From Octopus sinensis (lineage: Eukaryota), in the NCBI RefSeq assembly GCF_006345805.1, contig NW_021828326.1, positions 1 to 8,897 on the forward strand: a stretch of DNA of 8,897 nucleotides, read 5' to 3'. Positions within the stretch are counted from its first letter, which is position 1. Every line of letters begins with the position of its first letter. The notes under the pieces are model-generated. The model saw nothing but the letters and a program-made list of their open reading frames with translations. It made no database searches and was not told where the DNA came from. Positions 1 through 7,100 of this stretch are shown here, in pieces. Both the position numbers and the translations under genes were made by a program.

Positions 1-190
1 GTGTCTGTGTTTGTCCCCGTTGCCGCTTGACAACCGATGATAGTGTGTTTACATTCCTGTAACTTAGCGGTTCGGCAAAAACAGATAGAATAAGTACCAG
101 GCTTAGAAAATAAATACTGGGGTCTATTCGACTAAAAATTCGAGACAGTGCCCCAGCATGACTGAAACAAGTAAAAGACGAAAGATATAA
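1..190 (+). mobile_element. SINE 3' portion (octopus-type), truncated by the window edge
   Basis: Shares TAAATACTGGGG, TATTCGA.TAAA.A.TTCGAGAC and TGCCCCAGCA with the copy at 6353-6512. Shares GATA(G/A)AATAAGTAC..CTGGGGTC with 349-380 and, more loosely, 7830-7855. Ends in a short AAAGA/AAGAT-type tail. Family assignment is from recall. Confidence 0.75.
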
Positions 191-201
191 GATAAATATC
201 T

Positions 202-216
202 TGTGTGTGTGTGTGT
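202..216. repeat. (GT)7 microsatellite
   Basis: Read directly from the sequence. Confidence 0.9.
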
Positions 217-318
217 AATGTGGGATATGTTACGAACACGAGTGACAAATTCGGAGAATCTTATCGTCAGAAGTGCAATGAGCCAATGAATGATCCGCTG
301 AAGAAACTGTAGTGACCC

Positions 319-438
319 GTTGATTTATAACTTTCTCATTTGGGGGGCGATAAAATAAGTACTAGTTGAGCCCTGGGGTCGATCTAATCGACTTACCCCC
401 TCCTCCGAAATTGCTGGCCTTGTGCCAAAATTTGTAAC
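319..438 (+). mobile_element. 5'-truncated SINE, same family as 7710-7911 and 2223-2716
   Basis: GGGG.CGATAAAATAAGT core matches 7825-7841. The tail GGCCTTGTGCCAAAATTT (416-433) is the exact reverse complement of 2223-2240. Confidence 0.8.
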
Positions 439-1008
439 TGGTGTTTTTCAGAAAGCGTATAAATAAATATAAATACCGCAATTTACAACGTTTTTCTCTG
501 GAATCCTGATCCACTTCATGGTAGTACAAAACTTATCATACAGAAACGGTTTCCTTTCCGAAACCAAAAGCAGAACAAAAGAATATGTTGTCTAAAACAT
601 TAAAATAAATAAGAATAATAAGAAAAAACCTGCCCCTAATATACCACAACCGCAAATTCACATGGTTTTTCTATATAAATTTCACGAACACGATAAAACC
701 TGAATAAATTTCATATTAAATGTTTAAGGTTTGAGTCATTAACCAGTAGGAACAGTTATATCTAGGACAGAACAACACATGGACAGACCACTCTGAATTT
801 AGAATGCTTATTTTTTTAAAATTCTTCTTTTTAATGACGAAACTAAGAGATAATAGTGGGAAGGAGGGGGTGTGGGGTAAAAGCAATGACGTTTCATAAA
901 ATTTGGCGGAGAAAAAAATCGAACCTTGAAACAGTTCTCCCGTATACTTTGATGATCCGTCCTTATTAAAAGCAGGGATATTCAAACGAGTTTATATTCT
1001 TCGTTAAA

Positions 1009-1135
1009 ATATATATATATAAAAACGCATGCATGTTCTTTATACACACACGTGCGCACACACACATATATACACGTACATAGACATATATATACACATA
1101 TAAACACTCACATGCACATATATAAATGTATATAC
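1009..1135. repeat. Mixed (AT)n/(AC)n low-complexity tract
   Basis: Alternating AT/AC dinucleotide runs read directly. Confidence 0.8.
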
Positions 1136-1172
1136 TGTGTTTAGTAACATTTTCCTTGAAAACATTATGGAC

Positions 1173-1235
1173 CTTGTAACTTCACCAGCTGTGCAGAGCT
1201 GAAGTGAATACATCCATATGTATTTTATCGATGGC
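1173..1235 (-). CDS. Candidate internal coding exon; donor uncertain (exon end 1186, 1173 or 1112)
   Basis: Minus strand has a 70-nt AG-free pyrimidine-rich tract (1307-1238) ending CCCCACCTTAG|. Two frames are open after it: (R)PSIKYIWMYSLQLCTAGEVT and AIDKIHMDVFTSALHSW*. The nearby donors are weak and no homology is recognised. Confidence 0.3.
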
Positions 1236-1700
1236 CTAAGGTGGGGATGGAATACATCGAGTAAAAAACAAATAGACAACAAAAAGAAAGGGATGGAAAA
1301 GGACAGACTATTAAGGTAAAAATTATAGCTGACATCACTGATTATTCTAAACATATATTGATTAGATTTAATACACTTGATATCCAATTACAGGGATTAT
1401 ATTTAATAGATGTATTAAATATCGATTTTATGAATAAATATATAAATAAATAAATAAATATGACACGAAGACAAGAAAAGAAAGAGGATTCAACCGCAAT
1501 AGAAAATAAAATATTATTTTTAGCAAGTAAATATATATGTATCTTCATAAGATTTCTATAACAGCTGAATATATATGGTAAATCTAATAATAGACGTTGT
1601 ATAAGCAAAAAAAAATGGATAATTAAATATCTCTAAGAAAACATAAAAATAATAGACAGATCATAACAATGCTTAATGATAGATATGAATTGGGTTTTTG

Positions 1701-1960
1701 GTATTTCTTAGAAGACATATTTAAATCGCTGATCGGCGACTCATTGGTATCTGAAGATTATTGTATGATGTAGGTCGTGTAAAATATCTAAAGACAAAGC
1801 TTAATAATATGATATGAAATAGTTCATATGTACATACACACATACACTCGCACTCACGCACGCAAATATATATGTATGTATTTCTCAGAAGACATTTATC
1901 GTTCATCGACTCGTTGTATTTGTGAAGATATACGTTATAAAATATAGGTCATGTAATATA
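1701..1960. repeat. Degenerate direct repeat of about 85 bp (1701-1787 and 1878-1960)
   Basis: Colinear shared blocks: GTATTTCT(T/C)AGAAGACAT, GACTC(A/G)TTG, TGAAGAT, AT(G/A)TAGGTC(G/A)TGTAA. Confidence 0.75.
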
Positions 1961-2222
1961 GCTTCTCTATATAAGAAGGACTCGGGAACGAAACAATTCA
2001 ATCATATTTTATATTAACGACGTCTAATAAATTATCGACATATGTAATAACTGTAAGAGCACACGTGTGATCATTGAGATATCAGTGCGTGTGAAAGGGA
2101 ATGCAAAAATCGTAAGAGTTTATCTCAGATGACGAATCATGTGGAATCTATAAGGTCTACTAAAACAGTAATTTGCCAGCTATTTCTAAATAGACATATA
2201 ATTCTACATTTCTGTCCTTTTT

Positions 2223-2716
2223 AAATTTTGGCACAAGGCCAATAGTTTTGAGAAGAGCAGAAAGTAGATTACATCGATTCAAGTTCTCTATTGGTACTCA
2301 TTTTGACGACTCTGAAGGAGTGAAAGTCAAATTTAACTCTGCAGAATTTGAACACTGTATGTAAAACCAGGCGGAGGCACATGGCCTAGTGGTTAGAGCA
2401 GCGGACTCACGGTCGAGGGATCGTGGGTTCGAATCTTATACCGGGCGATGTGTGTGTTTCTGAACAAAACAGCTAAGCTCCACGTGGATCCGGCAGAAGG
2501 TAATGGCGAACTTCTGCTGACTCTTTCGCCACAACATTCTCTCACTCTTTTCTCCTGCATATTGCAGCTTATCTGTGACAGACCGGTGTCCCATCCAGGT
2601 GAGGAACCTTGACGCCACGGAAACCGGAAAACTGGCCCTTATGTGCCAGGCATAGCTCGAGAATGAACAAACAATGTAAAACCGTACTGCCGTACTGACG
2701 ACTCTGCCTACTCACC
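2223..2716 (-). mobile_element. Older SINE of the 7710-7911 family, split by a nested SINE; tail and body 2223-2358, head 2684-2716
   Basis: Reverse complement of the body reads GTTCAAATTCTGCAGAG, identical to 7764-7780. The tail is the exact inverse of 416-433. Reverse complement of 2691-2716 (GGTGAGTAGGCAGAGTCGTCAGTACG) aligns with the head GGCGTGCTGGCAGAATCGTTAGCGCG at 7716-7741. Confidence 0.7.
2369..2673 (+). mobile_element. Full-length tRNA-derived SINE with 10-bp TSD
   Basis: Pol III A box TGGCCTAGTGG and B box GGTTCGAATC, a unique body and an AACA-type tail. It is flanked by the exact direct repeat ATGTAAAACC at 2359-2368 and 2674-2683. Confidence 0.9.
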
Positions 2717-2723
2717 AACTTAC

Positions 2724-2836
2724 CTAAACAGACAATGTTCAACAAAATATGCTGCATCTCTAAAAGAACAAAACTCTTTGTAGGAAATAGTCATGCCCAT
2801 GTGTATGACACCCATGATAGACTGGGTAGGATATTT
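2724..2836 (-). CDS. Candidate internal coding exon (113 nt, phase 0 to phase 2): KYPTQSIMGVIHMGMTISYKEFCSFRDAAYFVEHCLF(R)
   Basis: Acceptor ATATTTTCAG| with an in-frame stop just upstream, and a perfect donor TAG|GTAAGT. Only one frame is open across it. An alternative strong internal acceptor TTTTGTTCTTTTAG| gives a 36-nt exon (2724-2759). Protein not recognised. Confidence 0.45.
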
Positions 2837-2902
2837 CTGAAAATATTATATATATTTCCTGGAATATATAACTGTGTCTGGGATAGGATGTAGATTCCTA
2901 AT

Positions 2903-2910
2903 TTATATAT

Positions 2911-2946
<36 letters not shown>
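2903..2946. repeat. Imperfect (AT)n microsatellite
   Basis: Read directly from the sequence. Confidence 0.9.
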
Positions 2947-2951
<5 letters not shown>

Positions 2952-2964
2952 CATTCACACATGC

Positions 2965-3167
2965 ATGTATGCTCGTGCTGCTATTAGCTCCCTCTCTCCA
3001 TCAAATCGAAGTTGTCTGAACAGGTGAACACGCATCAGTTGTCGAAGTGATTGCAGGGCAACGTGAGGTAAAGTCTTGCTGAAGAACACAACGCACCACC
3101 TAGTCTGGGAAATGAAACCACGATCTCGCGATTGTGACTGTAACAACCTAACCACTAGGCCATGCGT
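2965..3167 (-). mobile_element. tRNA-derived SINE with CORE-like segment
   Basis: Reverse complement shows A box TGGCCTAGTGG (17 nt identical to 2380-2396) and a decayed B box GGTTTCATTTCC. It is followed by GCGTTGTGTTCTTCAGCAAGACTTT, which resembles the CORE domain from recall. No TSD found. Confidence 0.75.
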
Positions 3168-3281
3168 ACATATGCATATATATGTATATATACATACATT
3201 TATACACACACATATGTATGTATATATATATATATATATATATACATACACACACACAAATACATACACACATACATACAT
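3168..3281. repeat. Mixed (AT)n/(AC)n/(ACAT)n microsatellite
   Basis: Read directly from the sequence. Confidence 0.9.
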
Positions 3282-3667
3282 TTATTAAAAACCAACCTGC
3301 TTCAACAGCACACAAATTCGCGCTTACGTGTTAGACCATCAAATAAAGAACCACCATGTGTTGTTTTAGAGATAATACATTGATCGTGTACGCTATCTTT
3401 GAGATAATGTAATGGTCAATTGTTTGATTATTCGTAATCAGCGTCAACACTTGAAGAAGAAGTACAATTTCCTCTGAAGGATAAGTATAGCTGCAGTGTT
3501 GCTAGTTGAGAAATAAACGTTAATATTTCTAAATGTCAACGGAAATGATAAAATTGTACTGGAAGCCTCTGGAATCATGGCAGATTAAAATTGCGACAAT
3601 AGTTTTAAACACATGTATATTGAGATTAGCGATAAGAAGTTTGTAGGAATATCTACGTTAGCTTTTC

Positions 3668-3706
3668 GTAGTAAGAATATATGGACTGTAGTAAGAATAT
3701 ATGGAC
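3668..3706. repeat. Tandem duplication, 2 x GTAGTAAGAATATATGGAC (20-bp period)
   Basis: Identical 19-mers at 3668-3686 and 3688-3706. Confidence 0.95.
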
Positions 3707-3885
3707 AATGAATTGTTTAGTCGGGATTGAAATTTAGGGAAAAATAAAGTTTGTTTTATATGAAGGGAAACGTATGCCTAAAGACACTAAAATAACACAT
3801 CATTACATACACGTCATAAGATATTATACACAAATGCAAGAAATACACATATTTACATTTAAAACTACCGATCTTCTCCATAAGA

Positions 3886-4182
3886 ATATGCATACATTCG
3901 TATATGCATACATGCATGCATACATACATACATACATATATACATACATATATATATATACATATATATATACATATACATATACACATATATATATATA
4001 ATATATATATAATATATATATATATTATTATATATATATATATATATACATGATGCACATACATATATTATTGTGTGTAGATATTACGCATATATGCATT
4101 GTATGTGTATATATATATATATAAACAACACACACACACACATATATATATGTATTATATATATATATATATGTATATATAG

Positions 4183-4238
<56 letters not shown>
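3886..4238. repeat. Compound (ACAT)n/(AT)n/(AC)n microsatellite block
   Basis: Read directly from the sequence; includes long pure AT runs near 4180-4231. Confidence 0.9.
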
Positions 4239-4239
<1 letters not shown>

Positions 4240-4734
4240 ACAAATATGCGTATAATTAACTTTATTGCGTTTACTCCGTAGGGTTCTCTAAGCAGAACCA
4301 ATCGAAACATATCAGCCAATCTATCTGTTGTTGCCACTTTTCTCAGATGGAGCCCTGCGGATTACTATTGTGTTTGGTAATATACGAAGTTAAATGCGTG
4401 TTATAAAACGTACGCATGTAAATATATTTGTGTTTATCCACATTTAGCAATGCAGTTGTTATGCCGGCAAGGCCAGTAAATATAACCATCCCTGAGACCT
4501 AACAAGTGGCATGAGATTTATAAGACAGTATGGATGTGTGTTTACAAACACACATCTAACTTCAAATATTTTGTTGGGTGGAGATACTTTACGAGAGTGT
4601 TGTGGTTTTTCTCGATGCCTTCTCCATTGAGTTGGAAATTCTTCCAAAAATCACCTTTACTAATGACTAACTACTTAAACATATAAGGTATAAACTGTTT
4701 GTCCAGCAAGGCCCGAATGCTGCAGACCACTCAC

Positions 4735-4771
4735 CGCTACATTGGCCGTGAAAAGGAAACATAGAAAACGT
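4735..4771 (-). CDS. Candidate small exon, RFLCFLFTANVA; alternative acceptor at 4789 adds TILYSR
   Basis: Consensus donor GCG|GTGAGT, with acceptors TACTCTAG| (4771) or CTTTTAG| (4789). Both start in phase 2 and end in phase 0, which is compatible with the neighbouring candidates. Confidence 0.25.
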
Positions 4772-4826
4772 CTAGAGTACAAGATTGTGCTAAAAGTTGG
4801 TGTGCGCATTATGCAGATATCTATAC

Positions 4827-5590
4827 GTATGTATGTATGTATGTATGTATGTATGTATGTATGTATGTATGTATGTATGTATGTATGTATGTATGTATGT
4901 ATGTATGTATGTATGTATACATGCATGCATGCATGTATATATGTATGTATGTATGTATGTATCTATGTATCTATGTATCTACGTATTTATGTATGCATGT
5001 ATGCATGTATGTATGTATATATGTACGTACGTATGTATGTATGTATATATGTATGTATGTACGTATGTATGTATATATGTATGTATGTATGCATGTTTTT
5101 ATGTACGTATGTATGTACGTATGTATGCATGTATGTACGTATGTATGTATGTACGTACGTATGTATGTATGCATGCATGTATGTACGTACGTATGTATGT
5201 ATGTATGTACGTATGTATGTATGTATGTATGTATGTACGTACGTATGTATGTATGTATGTACGTATGTATGTATGCATGTATCTATATGTAAGTATGTAT
5301 GTATGTATGTATGTATGTGTGTGTATGTATGTATGTATGTATGCATGTATGCATGTATGTATGTATGTATTTATCTATGTATCTATGACTATGTCTATGT
5401 ATGCATGTTTGTATGTTTTTATGTATGCATGTTTGTATGTTTTTATGTATGTATGACTATGTCTATGTATATATGTATGCATGTATGCATTTGTGTATAT
5501 GTATGTATGTATGTATGTATGTATGCATGCATGTATGTATGTATGTATGTATGTATGTATGCATGTATGTATGTACGTGGGTATGCATGC
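4827..5590. repeat. About 760-bp (ATGT)n tetranucleotide array with variant units
   Basis: 23 perfect GTAT units (4827-4918), then ATGC/ACGT/ATAT/ATCT variants. There is an internal 24-bp tandem duplication at 5397-5420 and 5421-5444. Confidence 0.97.
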
Positions 5591-5625
5591 AGGCAATGGC
5601 ATTGGACATTTTGGGGAGCTCTTAC

Positions 5626-5702
5626 TTGCGGTTGAGATAAAGGTGTTCCCATTCATTGGCCTGCGACCCATCTTGGCACCGGATATCTTGATCCTGGCTC
5701 GT
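5626..5702 (-). CDS. Candidate exon TSQDQDIRCQDGSQANEWEHLYLNR(K/N)
   Basis: A 52% GC island (40/77) between the ATGT array and very AT-rich DNA, with a strong donor CAA|GTAAGA. The acceptor CCATAG| lacks a good pyrimidine tract. Confidence 0.25.
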
Positions 5703-5845
5703 CTATGGATCATGTCATAATTTAAATTTTGAATTTTATATTTTATATATTTGTATATTATATTAATTAATTTTATTTCTATGTATTGGTTTATGTTTTT
5801 TACTGTTTGATTTGCCTTAATAGTGGTTTTATCTCTAATGTAGAA

Positions 5846-5855
5846 TATATATATA

Positions 5856-5895
<40 letters not shown>
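5846..5895. repeat. (AT)n microsatellite
   Basis: Read directly from the sequence. Confidence 0.92.
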
Positions 5896-5896
<1 letters not shown>

Positions 5897-6352
5897 GAAC
5901 AACAATAATGATAATATGAATTATTACGAAGTTGCATAGCAATTATGTTTAATTCTTTTCATATATTCAGATTTACATATAGACTTACACAGATTTCAAC
6001 TGCCAATTAGTAACCGTTGCAATTGCAAACCTACTGTAATACTGGTGAAGTTTCTTTTGGGTCTTTAGTTTTAGATCCTTTGATTTAACTTCTGAAAGTT
6101 TTTCTACTCTGCAATTTATGATGTAGAGTTGTCCGTTAAGTTAGATGCGAACAATTTCCATTTCAAGTTTTGATTGGATAATCACTTAAAGTCCGTTATT
6201 TCTAACCATTCTGTTGTTTATATGTTTATACATCTATACTGGGCAAATGTGAATTTCTTCAGGTGCAAGCATCTCAAAGCTTATTCCTGTCTAGAATTTA
6301 ATACATTACTCTTGGATATAGAAATCTTGTAAAATTCTTCTAAACAAGCTTT

Positions 6353-6512
6353 GTGTTGGCGTTCCGTGACAGGGTATTCTGCAAAAAGAATCCGATGGAG
6401 GAAATACCAAACGTGAAACTAAATACTGGGGTTATTTATTCGAGTAAACATTTCGAGACCTTGCCCCAGCACGGCCGTCGCAGTTCAAGAATTGGAACTA
6501 AAGCAATACAGA
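6353..6512 (+). mobile_element. Degenerate SINE fragment, same family as 1-190
   Basis: Colinear motifs TAAATACTGGGG, TATTCGAGTAAACATTTCGAGAC and TGCCCCAGCA match 111-158. Confidence 0.7.
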
Positions 6513-6514
6513 CA

Positions 6515-6523
6515 TCACGCGCG

Positions 6524-6561
<38 letters not shown>

Positions 6562-6716
6562 CACACGTATGCTTGTGTATATATGTTTGTATGGATGTAT
6601 GTATGTGTTTGTGTGTGTATGTGCGTATGTATATACGTAATAATGTATGTGTGTATGTTTGCATGCATGAATGTATGTATGTATGTATGCTTGAATGAAC
6701 GTATGCATGTACGTAC
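6515..6716. repeat. (AC)n followed by a (GT)/(ATGT) compound microsatellite
   Basis: CA run at about 6522-6567, then GT/ATGT-rich units to about 6716. Confidence 0.9.
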
Positions 6717-7100
6717 GGAGAGGTTGTGTAAAATACAAAATGTCGGTTATTTGTAAATGTTTTTCTTTCTGCTTTCGTCACAAAGGCAATATTTGTCATT
6801 GAGAATTTTTAACTATTTTCACATAGAACTTTACGATAGGAAATGCAAAAAGCCACAAAAACAGCAACACTGTAGCGAAGATGGTAGTGTTAGTGATGAC
6901 AACGGTGATAGCGACTGTATTTGTAATGATAGTGTTGTTTTTTCGGTTAATGTTATTTTTGGTGGTGGTGTGGTGGTGCTGGAGGTGCTGGTGGCTGTGA
7001 TGGTGATAGTATAGGTGGCCTTATGATAGTGGTAACGGTGATGTAATAGCGTTGTTGGTAGTGGTAAGGATGGTAAAGGTGGTTGTAGCTATGGTGATAG

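Noticed and set aside
858-877. Possible G-quadruplex GGGAAGGAGGGGGTGTGGGG
   Set aside because: Only three runs have 3 or more G; it is at best a weak two-tier structure with no context support.
2060-2069. Palindrome CACACGTGTG containing an E-box
   Set aside because: A short motif that is expected by chance in AC/GT-rich DNA.
2372-2445. Apparent tRNA gene
   Set aside because: A and B boxes are present, but the acceptor stem does not pair and the sequence continues into a SINE body bounded by a TSD.
2724-2790. Loose resemblance of RDAAYFVEHCL to a UDP-glucuronosyltransferase C-terminal motif
   Set aside because: Spacing to the upstream residues does not fit and the match is too short, so no gene name was assigned.
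3328-3473. Minus-strand segment with good acceptor (CCTTCAG|) and donor (CAC|GTAAGC)
   Set aside because: All three frames contain a stop between the sites, so it is not a coding exon; a non-coding or poison exon cannot be excluded.
3668-3706. Direct repeats as a CRISPR-like array
   Set aside because: Only two copies with a 1-nt spacer, in eukaryotic context with no cas genes.
4298-4320. Two CCAAT boxes 18 bp apart (another at about 283)
   Set aside because: There is no other promoter evidence such as a CpG-rich region or start-site context, and the motif is too short to call.
2955-4337. Several 60-108 aa ORFs rich in Y/I/T/H
   Set aside because: They derive from AT/AC microsatellites and SINE sequence.
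4742-5720. Long ORFs (297, 219, 151 aa and others) with MYVC/HTYI repeats
   Set aside because: They are translations of the stop-free ATGT array in several frames and on both strands, with no sign of real coding sequence.
5985-6140. 51-codon stop-free stretch on the minus strand (LNGQLYIINCRVEKLSEV...)
   Set aside because: No recognisable domain, start codon or convincing splice sites; this length is within chance expectation.
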